A stretch of DNA of 64,000 bases from a virus (Duplodnaviria; Caudoviricetes), in the IMG/VR virus record IMGVR_UViG_3300011008_002687, positions 1-64,000 of that record; one strand, given 5' to 3'. Positions 1 through 9,937 of this stretch are shown here, one piece after another (the first letter of the stretch is position 1; each line of letters opens with the position of its first letter). The notes under the pieces were generated by a model. It worked only from the letters and a program-made list of their open reading frames with translations. It had not been told where the DNA came from and did not search any database. Made by a program: the position numbers and the translations under genes.

Positions 1-169
1 TCACAGCAACTCAACAACTCTGCTCCTTTCCGGGCGGTTGCGCCGTCCGCCCTGTTTTATTTCCGTGATATACCTTCCCAAAAGGAGATGCGCTAAAACG
101 ACGGAAACCTTCTGTATCTTACTCCCTTTCTTACATTCCGGTTTTTTGTCCTGGGAGAAAACCGCCTCG

Positions 170-415
170 TCACTCTGTCTCTCCGCTATATACAAAGCCT
201 GTCGCCTCCCAAAATTTCAGCGGCGATATGTAATAATCGTACTGATCGCTCCCTTCCTTCTTGAAGGCTACTCCAAAGTCAAGCAGTCCTTGAATGATGC
301 CCTGTCTCACAAACTGCTTATCCTTTTTCATGATCCTGGCCGCTACCGCTACCGGGATATTCGCCCCACTGAACTCCGGGATCACGAGATAGACTCTCTT
401 TTCTTCCCTTTCCAT
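170..415 (-). CDS. Small putative DNA-binding phage protein
   Basis: IPVAVAARIMKKDKQFVRQG is HTH-like; RBS present. Confidence 0.45.
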   Translation of the reverse strand: MEREEKRVYLVIPEFSGANIPVAVAARIMKKDKQFVRQGIIQGLLDFGVAFKKEGSDQYDYYISPLKFWEATGFVYSGETE

Positions 416-419
416 CCTA

Positions 420-665
420 TCACCCCGTTTCTTTTGCCTCGTGAGCTGCCCTTAGTGCCTCGACAATATCTGTCGCCTTCTTTTCGCCTATGCCCTTGAT
501 CTGCAGGATGGCCTCTTTGGTTTCTTCTTCCGACAGCCCGGATGCAGATTTCTTTCCGGCCTCAAAGCCACGCATATAAATCCTCTCCATGAAGTCGCTC
601 ATTTGGTTGTGGTCCATCTTCTTGATGTCCTTGTACTCTTTTCTGTTCAACACCTGCTTTGCCAT
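420..665 (-). CDS. Hypothetical protein with HhH-like C-terminus
   Basis: Start MAKQ after GGAGG; IKGIGEKKA motif. Confidence 0.5.
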   Translation of the reverse strand: MAKQVLNRKEYKDIKKMDHNQMSDFMERIYMRGFEAGKKSASGLSEEETKEAILQIKGIGEKKATDIVEALRAAHEAKETG

Positions 666-666
666 A

Positions 667-915
667 TCATCCCTCCTTGCGTTCATCAATTCTGTATGTC
701 GCATCCGGATAATACGGATAAACTCGCCCTTCATTTTTTCCTGGGCGTGTATCTCTGATTCTAAACGGATCATCTCCAAGTCCGTCTGCCTCTTCCGTTA
801 AATAGACCACTCCTTTTCCGACAAACGAATAACCATTTGCTCTGAAATGAACAATGTCGCCTACTGCTATTTCGATTCCATTCTTATCGAATTTCCCTGT
901 TCCATAGCTACTCAT
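667..915 (-). CDS. YopX-like protein
   Basis: TGKFDKNGIEIAVGDIV resembles the YopX motif. Confidence 0.55.
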   Translation of the reverse strand: MSSYGTGKFDKNGIEIAVGDIVHFRANGYSFVGKGVVYLTEEADGLGDDPFRIRDTRPGKNEGRVYPYYPDATYRIDERKEG

Positions 916-1339
916 TTCGCTGCTCCTTTCTTTCATCAAGGCGTTTCCGTTGCCTATTTACCTTGAAATCAATTCTTTTCTCAACTTCATCTTCTGCCTG
1001 GAAAAGAATCTCCATCTGCCGGCACATAATCCTCACATCTGCGAGTTCGTCAACAATATTGTCTCTTGCTGCTGTCAGCTCGGCTCCCTCTGCTCTTCTC
1101 CATTTCAGCAAAGCCTTCGTTAGCTCACTCATTTCCTCTAATGCCATATCAATTTGAGGCTGAGTGCCATATTCACAAATGCACCGGCGATAAACTGCGT
1201 CTCTTCCTTCGCTATCTGATAATCTGTCGATACACTCTGCAGCCTCTTCTAATAATTCTACGGTTCCTTCGACCTCTTTCCCTGTTGGTTGCTCCTTATA
1301 TGCCTCCGCAAATATTCTTAACCTTGCCTGTGTAGTCAT
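908..1339 (-). CDS. MazG-like nucleotide pyrophosphohydrolase
   Basis: EEMSEL...DELADV acidic motifs; start refined to MTTQ after GGAGG. Confidence 0.7.
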   Translation of the reverse strand: MTTQARLRIFAEAYKEQPTGKEVEGTVELLEEAAECIDRLSDSEGRDAVYRRCICEYGTQPQIDMALEEMSELTKALLKWRRAEGAELTAARDNIVDELADVRIMCRQMEILFQAEDEVEKRIDFKVNRQRKRLDERKEQRNE

Positions 1340-1445
1340 TTCGATTCCTTCCTCCTTTATCTTTTTGATCCTCTCCCTTGCCGGAGGGAATGGTGCGAAA
1401 AATCCTCCCGGAAAGAAAATTCCATGAGGTCCGTACTCCCACATT

Positions 1446-1634
1446 TCATACACCTTCTCTCTGAATATGCCTGAACACCATTTCGTTGTCAGATGTTCCC
1501 GGTTCGATTGCCTCATACCTCTCGTTGCAGTCCACGCATCTGAACTCTGTTTCCCCGTCCTTTGTTATCAGTCCGGAGCAGGCAGGACATACTGCCTGCC
1601 GCCCGAAAAGATATATTGTATGTAGTTCTGCCAT
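1446..1634 (-). CDS. Small zinc-ribbon protein
   Basis: CPAC...CVDC. Confidence 0.55.
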   Translation of the reverse strand: MAELHTIYLFGRQAVCPACSGLITKDGETEFRCVDCNERYEAIEPGTSDNEMVFRHIQREGV

Positions 1635-1643
1635 TCTCGCCTC

Positions 1644-2678
1644 CTACTCCGTATGGATGCCGCAATGTTCAAGTGCCTCTTTGTATGTCACTTCGTTATT
1701 TTCAATCCCCATTCCCCAATCATAAAGTTGCCTATGCACCATGCAGTCTGAGTATTTCATCCGCTGCAACCTATTTGGTTCCTGCTCTAAGTGACACCCA
1801 AAGCCGCACAAAATGCAACCAGTTCTTTGCTCTCCTGTAAACTTCCAATCTCCATTTTCATCCTTGATGGGCTTTCCGTACACCGAGCATACCGGGATCT
1901 CTTTATCTACCACGAATTGTATTATTTCTTGTTTTGGCCAAAATCCTAAAGGTTGGCTTTTTATTGTTCTTCCGTCATAGACATTGCACCCGGTATGATT
2001 GTATATATTTTCTCTTACAAAGCTCTCGTCCTGCGTTATTCCGATAAAAGGCTTTCTGCCAGTCTGCTTGCCGTACCTTTTGAATGGTTCCTTTTTTAAC
2101 ACATCACAGCATTTTTCGGATATATCCTCTCTTATCTGCTGCTTGTCCGTCAAAAACTGCCACTTCTTTGCAAGGATTCCAAACTTCCCTCTTTCATCTC
2201 CATTTAGCAGGTAATTTCTGTATCTGTAGCTCAATTTTCCTTTCCGGAGCTTTCTTATTTTCATAGCTGTTTCCTTACTAATGATCGGGAACCCATGATG
2301 TTCGCATACCCACTTAAACCCATGTTTCGGGTATATAATATCGAGTTGTATATCTAACTCCGGGAATTGATCCCGGAGCCAAATCGGATATTGCTTGACA
2401 AAATCCCTGATCTCCGGAAACTCCATTCCGGTATCGCAGAATACAAGCCTTACATCTCCTTTCAAATCAAATTCTCTGTATGCCATGCAGACAATATATG
2501 CCAATACTGTGCTATCCACACCTCCGCTGAATGAAACATAGACATCTCCGTACCAATATGTATGCCATTGATACACCCGATACATAGAAAATTTCGGTTT
2601 CATTTCGTAGGGCTGATATTTCATACTCTTAAAGTTATCCTTTGGAAATTTGAGCGTTTCTTCAAGTAAATATGCCAC
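1644..2678 (-). CDS. PAPS reductase family protein
   Basis: SFSGGVDS PP-loop, DTGMEFPE, CCDVLKK, RTGCILC. Confidence 0.85.
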   Translation of the reverse strand: MAYLLEETLKFPKDNFKSMKYQPYEMKPKFSMYRVYQWHTYWYGDVYVSFSGGVDSTVLAYIVCMAYREFDLKGDVRLVFCDTGMEFPEIRDFVKQYPIWLRDQFPELDIQLDIIYPKHGFKWVCEHHGFPIISKETAMKIRKLRKGKLSYRYRNYLLNGDERGKFGILAKKWQFLTDKQQIREDISEKCCDVLKKEPFKRYGKQTGRKPFIGITQDESFVRENIYNHTGCNVYDGRTIKSQPLGFWPKQEIIQFVVDKEIPVCSVYGKPIKDENGDWKFTGEQRTGCILCGFGCHLEQEPNRLQRMKYSDCMVHRQLYDWGMGIENNEVTYKEALEHCGIHTE

Positions 2679-2680
2679 CT

Positions 2681-4033
2681 TTATTCGCCTACTTTCTCTT
2701 TCTTGGTGTATAGCTCATGCTCACCGCTTGCAATCTTGTAGCTTTCATCGTCTGAGTAGGAGAAGCCAAACATTGCCAGGATGTCATACAGTCGATCTAA
2801 CTTCTCGCCGGCACTCTTGCTGTATGTATTGTTCCACTCCATCAGATTCAAGTCCTTCAACTTCCAGTAAGCTACCGCAATCTTCTGCTGCAGGATAGGA
2901 AGTTTGGCCGCCTTTTCTTCTGCGGTCTTTCTCTCTTCCTCTGTTATGTCCTTTGCGTATAGTTCTTTTCCGAGAATGGCCTGCGTAATGTCGTTCTTTC
3001 CGATCCACGTAGAATCACACATGAACAGGTTCCAAATCAACATATCCAGTTTCTCGGTTTCCTTTACCGGCTCAACCTTACCGTCCAGGATATTCCGAAC
3101 GAAATCGCCCATATCCTCAAACATAGCCTTATATTTTGCTGTCAACTCTCTCTTATTTTTCTTCTTCTCTCTTTCCTCCAAGTCCTGCTTGGTAGGCTCT
3201 TTCTTCTTTGTCTCCGCTTTCTTGATGATGTAGAATGTGCCGTATCTCGTCAGATAGAACAGCTCGCCACCCTTCCCTACCTTCAACTGCTTAGGTACTT
3301 TATCGGTAAGGCTGTAGTCTGCGACTTTATCCCATTTTCCGGAATAAAACTCATTATCTGCCTCTTTGGGAGCCGCCTTGATGTCTCTCTTCTTGCAGAG
3401 TGCGATAAGTTCCTTCTCATTCTTTGCCTGCAGTTCCTCTCTTGCTGCTGATCTTGCCTTGTTTGCCAGGTCTCTCGAATCCCTGGCCTCTTTCAGAATC
3501 TTATTCCTCGTCTTGACATTCTCGACCTTCTCCAGTGAGTAAAGGTCCGTAAGCGATAACTGAAACTCTTCGCTCTCTGCCTTCTCACGCAGCACCTTCT
3601 CATTCAGCTTTGCTACATTCAGTCTGTGATTGATCGTCGTCTTGGAAAGTCCGGTTTTCTGCTCCATCTCTTCCATTCCGAATCCAAAGTCCGCAAAGCA
3701 CATCTGAATTGCCGCCGCCTCTTCGTAAATCTTCAAGTCCTTGCGGTTCATGTTCTCGGTCAGCATTGTCGTAACCTGGTCCCTGTCGCTCATATCCTCG
3801 ATGATAACGCAGGGAGCGGTCTCAATGCCCGCCTGCCTTGCCGCCGTAAGTCTGCGGTTTCCGATAACCACAAAATACTTCCCTGGATCTTCCGGATCGG
3901 GAACAACGGTTAGATTCTGCATGATGCCGTTTTCCTTGATGCTCTGTGCCAACTCTTCGATTCCCTCATACTCCTTCCGGACATTCTTGGGGTGAATCTT
4001 CAACTGCTCCAACTTGATTTCTACTACTGCCAT
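2681..4033 (-). CDS. ParB/RepB/Spo0J family protein
   Basis: HPKNVR, LAQSIKENGIMQNL, GNRRLTA, ENMNRKDL and following HTH. Confidence 0.88.
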   Translation of the reverse strand: MAVVEIKLEQLKIHPKNVRKEYEGIEELAQSIKENGIMQNLTVVPDPEDPGKYFVVIGNRRLTAARQAGIETAPCVIIEDMSDRDQVTTMLTENMNRKDLKIYEEAAAIQMCFADFGFGMEEMEQKTGLSKTTINHRLNVAKLNEKVLREKAESEEFQLSLTDLYSLEKVENVKTRNKILKEARDSRDLANKARSAAREELQAKNEKELIALCKKRDIKAAPKEADNEFYSGKWDKVADYSLTDKVPKQLKVGKGGELFYLTRYGTFYIIKKAETKKKEPTKQDLEEREKKKNKRELTAKYKAMFEDMGDFVRNILDGKVEPVKETEKLDMLIWNLFMCDSTWIGKNDITQAILGKELYAKDITEEERKTAEEKAAKLPILQQKIAVAYWKLKDLNLMEWNNTYSKSAGEKLDRLYDILAMFGFSYSDDESYKIASGEHELYTKKEKVGE

Positions 4034-4036
4034 TGC

Positions 4037-4360
4037 TTAATCTTCCTCCTTTACTGCTGATAATCTGATTGCCAGTTCCTCTAATCTCTTTTCTGTATCT
4101 TCCGCATCCTCAACAAGTCCTCGTGCGCTCGGTACTCCTGCCAATCCGTTCTTCCTTGCCTCTAAGTACATTTCCACGTACTCGTCAACATCGAAGTCGT
4201 TGTAGTAGTCCCAGATTTCCTGCACAAAATTCTCCTTGTTTACTGTGAAAACAAAATCTCCCTCGTACTTCGTGGTAGTTTCAAGCTCTACCGTTCCATC
4301 CTCGCACTCATTGACGCTCCATCCTAATTCCTCGCAGATTTCTATGTACTTCTCATTCAT
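4037..4360 (-). CDS. Hypothetical protein
   Basis: ORF with RBS, tightly packed in operon. Confidence 0.6.
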   Translation of the reverse strand: MNEKYIEICEELGWSVNECEDGTVELETTTKYEGDFVFTVNKENFVQEIWDYYNDFDVDEYVEMYLEARKNGLAGVPSARGLVEDAEDTEKRLEELAIRLSAVKEED

Positions 4361-4370
4361 AAGCCACCTC

Positions 4371-5138
4371 CTACGCCACCTGCGGTTTCATGTTGAGGAT
4401 CGCATCGAATAACTTAAATCCATAGATGAAGCCCTGCATCTCTGCCTCTATCGCCACATCATACATAGCTGTTTCCATCCGATTACTGTCCTTCGCCGTC
4501 AGTTGGAAGTCCTGCATTACCTTGTAAAACGCCTGGTACTTCTCCGTCAGCTCCGTTATCTCCCTGCCCTCGCAAGCCGGACCTGTTATAAACTGGTTAA
4601 ACACATCACAGTATGGCTCGTATTCCTTCCTTGGCTTTCCTTCAAGCAGAAATCCGCTGCCGATCAACCCTATCGGGAATGAGGACAGTTTCTTTGCCGG
4701 ATGAAACCGCTCCTGGATTGCCTGCTTGTACCTCTCCAACCCCGCCGCTACCGTCTTATAGTTTGTCCGGCTTTTCAGCAGGTCATAATAGAGGTTGCAG
4801 GCTTTCTCTGTCAGCTCATACATCGGGTATGTCTGCCCCTGCGGAATCTTGAATGAGGTCAGTCGAAACTCCTTCTTATCCTGCTCCGTTGCCTTGCTGC
4901 ATAGGAAACCGGAAATCTGCTTGAACACCACCGTATGCTGCTTTGCAAATATCTCCGCTACTTCCTTGCTGCTCATAGTGACTGCAGGTTGTTTCTGTGC
5001 TGATCCTTCCTCTGCCTCTGCCGCCTTGATGATAATTTCCACAATGTCGTCTGCAGAAACACTTCCGGCAATCCCTTTGATGCAGGCAACTACTCTCTGC
5101 GTGTCCTCCGTCCCTAAGTTCAGTTTCAACTCCTTCAT
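4371..5138 (-). CDS. Rha-family phage regulatory protein
   Basis: TMSSKEVAEIFAKQHTVVFKQI...YPMYELT. Confidence 0.65.
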   Translation of the reverse strand: MKELKLNLGTEDTQRVVACIKGIAGSVSADDIVEIIIKAAEAEEGSAQKQPAVTMSSKEVAEIFAKQHTVVFKQISGFLCSKATEQDKKEFRLTSFKIPQGQTYPMYELTEKACNLYYDLLKSRTNYKTVAAGLERYKQAIQERFHPAKKLSSFPIGLIGSGFLLEGKPRKEYEPYCDVFNQFITGPACEGREITELTEKYQAFYKVMQDFQLTAKDSNRMETAMYDVAIEAEMQGFIYGFKLFDAILNMKPQVA

Positions 5139-5392
5139 GCTGCCGCCTCCTTCGCTAAGATTTTCAGCAACGGATGCCAAGGCCTCGCCCCACGCATCCG
5201 ACTGGCAATTTTCTTGACATCTATCTCTGATCTGTCTGCAGGTCGGTACCCGACAAATTTCTCTTTATTTCTCTCTGTCACCGCCCTGTCATGGAAACCG
5301 TCGGTAATCTTAAAACTGCCGTTCCTGCTCGTGTCGTCCGTAAACGCTACGTACTGCTTATTCCCATGAATGTAATAGCCGATAATCCGCAT
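5135..5392 (-). CDS. Hypothetical protein
   Basis: ORF with RBS, ATGA-coupled to next gene. Confidence 0.55.
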   Translation of the reverse strand: MRIIGYYIHGNKQYVAFTDDTSRNGSFKITDGFHDRAVTERNKEKFVGYRPADRSEIDVKKIASRMRGARPWHPLLKILAKEAAA

Positions 5393-5398
5393 ACTGTC

Positions 5399-6106
5399 TT
5401 ACCTCCCTTCGTACCTGTCATGTATCGATACCGGGTAGCTGATCCCGGTAATCTCCTTGTATCTCGAATCCGATGTATAGAGGAAATTGCCGCCGGCCAT
5501 ATACCACCTTCTCGGAAAGTACAGCGGCTTTGCGTCCACATAAGTCTCTCCGCAGCAATCCCTAAACTCGATGCCGATGCACTGCCTCAGATCGTCCGGC
5601 TCAAATGGATATTTTCCTTCGGTCATGATGTATAGCTCTTTTCTTGCTGAAGAAATACCGCCGTTCGTGCAATCCCCAAGACCATCTCTTAGCACATAGG
5701 CTGTCAGACCACTCTCAATCTGATAATTGTCGTGCATCCAGTTCTTAACCTCGTCCGGATATTCGCATCCGGACCATATCTCGCCCATGTAAACAAATTC
5801 ATCGTCGTACTTCTGAACCGTCCAAACTTTGCCGCTTTCCGAATACACCGCCTGCAACTGGATATATCTCTGTGTTTCCGGATCAAATGCCACCTTCTTG
5901 ATGATGTCCGGTCTCGGAAAGTCCGCAACCTTGTGTTTCTCGATGAACTTATCCAGTCTCTTCTCAGCCCAACCCTCCGGAATGGTTCCCGGATTAAGTA
6001 CCGCCACATCTCCATGCTCCAACACGCCGTATTTGTTGGAAATCTCCATCCATGTACCGCCCAGGTACAAGGTAAATCCACCCTTCTCAACTCGCACTTC
6101 GCTCAT
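5399..6106 (-). CDS. Hypothetical protein
   Basis: 235 aa ORF with RBS. Confidence 0.65.
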   Translation of the reverse strand: MSEVRVEKGGFTLYLGGTWMEISNKYGVLEHGDVAVLNPGTIPEGWAEKRLDKFIEKHKVADFPRPDIIKKVAFDPETQRYIQLQAVYSESGKVWTVQKYDDEFVYMGEIWSGCEYPDEVKNWMHDNYQIESGLTAYVLRDGLGDCTNGGISSARKELYIMTEGKYPFEPDDLRQCIGIEFRDCCGETYVDAKPLYFPRRWYMAGGNFLYTSDSRYKEITGISYPVSIHDRYEGR

Positions 6107-6329
6107 TCTCTTCCTCCATTCTTCTGATTCTTCTCTGTGACGCTACAATGTAAATATCCACATTAAAGCCATTGAGAATATTGATAGCCTCGACCTCCGA
6201 CAAAGCACATTTGCTCTGCAGCTCGATCCTCAGCTTTCTTCTTTCGCCTATGTCCTGCAAACCGTTCGGCGGTAGCTTTTCGGCTCTCTGTCTGTATTCT
6301 CTTGCAATGCTCTTTGTCAGTGCCTCCAT
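6087..6329 (-). CDS. Hypothetical protein
   Basis: ORF packing. Confidence 0.5.
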   Translation of the reverse strand: MEALTKSIAREYRQRAEKLPPNGLQDIGERRKLRIELQSKCALSEVEAINILNGFNVDIYIVASQRRIRRMEEENERSAS

Positions 6330-6333
6330 CTCT

Positions 6334-6531
6334 TCACGCCCTCTCTACATAATCTACTGAGTTGGGATCACATCCCTCGTCTTTGCAGAAACCCTTCCAA
6401 CACTCTTCTAACTCCGACAGGTTTCGTACATCAAACTGCGTCTCGTCGCCGTCATTGAAACCAATGTTGTAGGATGCCATCCCGCTACTCTGCTTAGGAA
6501 ACACTCCCTTTGCCGCTTTCCTTAATGTCAT
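6334..6531 (-). CDS. Hypothetical protein
   Basis: Start MTLR after GGAGG, coupled to upstream gene. Confidence 0.5.
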   Translation of the reverse strand: MTLRKAAKGVFPKQSSGMASYNIGFNDGDETQFDVRNLSELEECWKGFCKDEGCDPNSVDYVERA

Positions 6532-6755
6532 GCTCTCGCCTCCGATCCTATCTTTAATGCACATTTGGTGCAGGCTGCTCCGTCAAGTTTGCTGTGGTAC
6601 ATCACACCGATATTCTCCGGACTCCACCAACACATCTCGCCGCATACCGGACAATGGATTTTCTTGCAACCAGGCTTGCCGTTTGGTACGTTCTCACATA
6701 ATGGCAAGCAGAGGTACCCGCCTCTGTCCGTTTCTTTCCTCGGTTCTATCTTCAT
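6528..6755 (-). CDS. Small Cys-rich zinc-finger protein
   Basis: CPVCGEMC...CTKC; start MKIE. Confidence 0.55.
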   Translation of the reverse strand: MKIEPRKETDRGGYLCLPLCENVPNGKPGCKKIHCPVCGEMCWWSPENIGVMYHSKLDGAACTKCALKIGSEARA

Positions 6756-7678
6756 GGTGTCTCTCCTTCCAGTTTCTCCAACTCCTTGATTACTTGCTGT
6801 AACGCATACTCCGCATTTCCGGTGAGCTGTCTCTGCCATGCACTCTGAGACGGCGCCCATTTGAAACCGTTGCCTTTCAATATGTCTCTCACTTCCGGAT
6901 CAGGCTTTCCGTCGAAGATAAGCTGCAGGCGCATAATCTCCGTATTCTTTACCACCTTGAAAAACTTGCACTCCGTTTCCTGCGTTCCCTTCTCTTTGGT
7001 GGCTTTCAGAGATTTCAGCCGGTCCTCCGTCCTGTGGATATTTGCATTATTGTTCTGCAGGGCGTAGTCCGGAAAACCAAGCCTTCCGCAAAAGTCCGGT
7101 GTCCGCAACTCCTTGATCTGCTCGTCAGAAAATCCAAGCTCTTTCAGCTTTGCGTTGCCTTTCTCTGAATCCTTCATGCGGATTGCCCTGTTCGCCGCCT
7201 TCATCTTCTCCTGGGTAGCTTTCAGCTCGTCCAGTTTCCTCTCCAACTTCTCAACCGCATCCTCGTCGCCGGATTTGATGATCTCTTTTCCGTAGCGGAT
7301 ATTCTCGATCTTCTGCAGAATCTCTTGTATCTCGTTCCACTCCTTATGATTGCGGTCCCAGGCGGCGTTTTGCTTTTCCTTCTTGCGTACCGGGAAGTTG
7401 GCAGGTCCGGAAATCATAACCGACGGACACATACAACCGATCCTGCTCTCTGCGTTCATGTTGTCTGCCAGTCTCTTCGCATACCTCTCTGCCAATCCAT
7501 AGGCTCTCTCTGCGTCCTCCGGCCTTTCCTCTGCTATTGCGTCCGCAAGGTCGTATGCCTTATTCACATAAGACTGGTACTCCGCTGTCTTGCTGCCCTG
7601 CTTGTAGTCACTGAATGACATCATTTCGTGAGCTGATCTCGCTCTTTCTTCGTCGATGCTGTAATACACTCTTTCCAT
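6752..7678 (-). CDS. Hypothetical coiled-coil protein typical of mobile elements
   Basis: PSVMISGPANFP and GFKWAPSQSAWQR motifs. Confidence 0.65.
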   Translation of the reverse strand: MERVYYSIDEERARSAHEMMSFSDYKQGSKTAEYQSYVNKAYDLADAIAEERPEDAERAYGLAERYAKRLADNMNAESRIGCMCPSVMISGPANFPVRKKEKQNAAWDRNHKEWNEIQEILQKIENIRYGKEIIKSGDEDAVEKLERKLDELKATQEKMKAANRAIRMKDSEKGNAKLKELGFSDEQIKELRTPDFCGRLGFPDYALQNNNANIHRTEDRLKSLKATKEKGTQETECKFFKVVKNTEIMRLQLIFDGKPDPEVRDILKGNGFKWAPSQSAWQRQLTGNAEYALQQVIKELEKLEGETP

Positions 7679-7998
7679 TACGCCGCTACCTCCTTCTCTT
7701 TGACTTTCTCCATATCAAACTTCACAACCGGATAGGTGCAGTAGCCGCTCTTTCCGGTTCTCCCGGTTCTCTTGCCGAGACCTTCCTGCTCGATGAAATC
7801 TACCGCCCAGGGACAGTTGTTCGTGTCGATGTATGCCTCGCCCTCGCCCAAACTTCTGTCACACAGGCAAACCGTAAGCGTCGCAATACATCCGTCCTGT
7901 CTGTTCCACGCCTGGATCGCTACGCTATCGTCTGCCCGGTACTTGCCTACCTGCAGGTAAACACCTGCATAAACCCCAAATGTCGTCCTCAATGTCAT
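7678..7998 (-). CDS. DUF4313-like protein
   Basis: ATLTV...AYIDTNNCP...SGYCTYP. Confidence 0.65.
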   Translation of the reverse strand: MTLRTTFGVYAGVYLQVGKYRADDSVAIQAWNRQDGCIATLTVCLCDRSLGEGEAYIDTNNCPWAVDFIEQEGLGKRTGRTGKSGYCTYPVVKFDMEKVKEKEVAA

Positions 7999-8192
7999 GC
8001 CGTTTCCTCCAATCTTTCTCTGTGCTTTGTCATGCGTACATCGCATTTCCCGTATGCCTGCAGGTTCTCTCTGTACTCCCGGAGAGACCTCTTTGCATCT
8101 GCCCTTGTGTACTCGCTGTTCTCAACCTCCCAGCCGTAGCCGTAGTTGGTTTCGATGTCCCAACGGTCCCTTGTCTTTCTCTGATAAGCCAT
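7995..8192 (-). CDS. Hypothetical protein
   Basis: ORF with GGAGG RBS. Confidence 0.55.
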   Translation of the reverse strand: MAYQRKTRDRWDIETNYGYGWEVENSEYTRADAKRSLREYRENLQAYGKCDVRMTKHRERLEETA

Positions 8193-8203
8193 CTCGTCGC
8201 CTC

Positions 8204-8476
8204 CTATCCGAATAATCTTTCCAGTTCCTTCCGCTTGGTGCGGATCATCACTCTTGCCGTCTGCTTATCCACGCCGCCGGAAGTGATTCTGACAATCTGA
8301 TCTGCAGCTTTCTCTATGAGGTCGAAGAGCTTTTCATACAGCACGTCGCCCTTCTGCTCATACTCTTCTACCTTGTCCTCATTAAAAGGCTCTACGGTCA
8401 ACCAGTAATCAGCCTGCTCCTGGGCTTTGTTCATATCCTGCTCTACCAATTCGATCTGCTTTAACAACTCCTTCAT
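8204..8476 (-). CDS. Hypothetical protein
   Basis: Start MKEL with RBS. Confidence 0.55.
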   Translation of the reverse strand: MKELLKQIELVEQDMNKAQEQADYWLTVEPFNEDKVEEYEQKGDVLYEKLFDLIEKAADQIVRITSGGVDKQTARVMIRTKRKELERLFG

Positions 8477-8560
8477 ACTGCCACATCCTTTCTCGGTTCT
8501 GCGTGTCGTTTGCCACTTAAAATCTCTCATTTGCGAGTATTGAGGGTAAAAAAATATACC

Positions 8561-8725
8561 CTACTTAATCTCGCTCCCATCTGCGTTCAGAAAATTATCT
8601 GCCAAGAACTCTTCGTAGCTCTTATGAAACCAACTCTGCTGCTTAAACCACTCATACTGTTTCTTCGGAACTTCCTCTGTTACCACTCTGCCGTACTCCG
8701 GATCGTAATATTTCTTCATAACCAT
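8561..8725 (-). CDS. 54-aa hypothetical protein (absent from ORF track)
   Basis: GGAGG-ATG, MVMKKYYDPEYG; first gene after promoter copy 2. Confidence 0.55.
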   Translation of the reverse strand: MVMKKYYDPEYGRVVTEEVPKKQYEWFKQQSWFHKSYEEFLADNFLNADGSEIK

Positions 8726-8736
8726 TTCCTCCTTCA

Positions 8737-8809
8737 CATTTGCTTTGTTTGATTATGTATATATTATACTTCGCAACTGCGAGTTTGTCAATAGTTTTAC
8801 TTCTCAAAA
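8737..8809 (-). promoter_or_regulatory. Consensus sigmaA promoter with palindromic operator (copy 2 of a 73-bp repeat)
   Basis: TTGACA (8791-8786), 17 bp, TATAAT (8768-8763); spacer contains TCGCA-N2-TGCGA. Confidence 0.9.
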
Positions 8810-8819
8810 GCAGAATTTT

Positions 8820-9164
8820 TCAAGATTTTTTTCTGCAAATTACCTCGTAACCGAGAGCCTGCACCATCTTCTGAAAACTGGAAAATCTCATGCCCTCGCC
8901 CCTGGTAAGCATCTGACTGATGTTCTGTCGGATCGTTCCTACCTTATCTGCGAGTTGCTGCTGATTCAGCCCTTCCTTTGCCAGTATCGCTCTGATAATG
9001 CCCTGTGCATCGTTTCCTTCGCACTCAGTCGTGAATTTCTCCACCGCCACCATTAAAGCCTCTGTGTCGCCCTTCCAAATGCAATCCGGATCATCCTTGT
9101 CGATCATGGTCTCGCAATGCTCTGCCAGGTCCTCTAATTGCTTTATCATCTTTTCCTTATCCAT
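8820..9164 (-). CDS. XRE-family HTH transcriptional regulator
   Basis: GLNQQQLADKVGTIRQNISQML; start MDKE after GGAGG. Confidence 0.8.
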   Translation of the reverse strand: MDKEKMIKQLEDLAEHCETMIDKDDPDCIWKGDTEALMVAVEKFTTECEGNDAQGIIRAILAKEGLNQQQLADKVGTIRQNISQMLTRGEGMRFSSFQKMVQALGYEVICRKKS

Positions 9165-9174
9165 CTCGTCCTCC

Positions 9175-9936
9175 TTAACAACCATTGCAATCCTCGCAAC
9201 GCTTAGGATGCCAGTTGCCGTCCTTATCCTTCTCGAAACATTCAGACTCTCCCCAACAATAGATATATGTCTCGTATGCCTCGTTGGAGCAGCTATCATA
9301 GGCGCATCCACCGGTAATCTCCCCTGCCTTGTATGTGACGTAGCCGGTATTACTACCTGCATCCTCGTCTGCGTACCAGTGTTCAAACTCAATCTCCGGG
9401 AACATTTCAGATAATTTCAACATAACTGGTTCCGGCATACTCCAAGCTGTATCAAATGAAATTGTATCTTCGTCCTTCTTTTCGGTCTCGTATGCGTTCC
9501 ACTTTGTTCCCCAGTTTGCTATGTTCCATTCGTACCATGTGGTATATCCGCACATCCGATAATTCTCTACATAGGTTCTGCCTAACTGGTAGATTCCGTT
9601 TTTTTCTTCCTCGCTCTTCTTAAATGTCTGCGTCATTGCCCTTTGAAAGATTTCCTGTTTCCAGTCCTTTCCTACTACAAGACTATTCTTTATAAGTTTG
9701 GATATGATCTCTTTCTTCTCGTCTGATAGACAATCAAGCGGAACCGTACACCTTTCCGTCAGATAGTACATGATGCTTGTCTCTTCACACGATCCTGCTT
9801 GTACATCCAGTCCCTCCGGTCTCGGTACGATTGTCCCGAAATCGAAGTTATCTTTTCCGGTTTCCTCGTCTTTTGTGAATACCGGGAGATTGTGAATCCC
9901 CTTTGCTTTTACTACATTTCTTACCCAATTTGGCAT
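9175..9936 (-). CDS. YubB/DUF1281-like ferredoxin-fold protein
   Basis: MPNW...WYEWNIANWGTKWNA...FDTAWSMP. Confidence 0.75.
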   Translation of the reverse strand: MPNWVRNVVKAKGIHNLPVFTKDEETGKDNFDFGTIVPRPEGLDVQAGSCEETSIMYYLTERCTVPLDCLSDEKKEIISKLIKNSLVVGKDWKQEIFQRAMTQTFKKSEEEKNGIYQLGRTYVENYRMCGYTTWYEWNIANWGTKWNAYETEKKDEDTISFDTAWSMPEPVMLKLSEMFPEIEFEHWYADEDAGSNTGYVTYKAGEITGGCAYDSCSNEAYETYIYCWGESECFEKDKDGNWHPKRCEDCNGC

Positions 9937-9937
9937 A

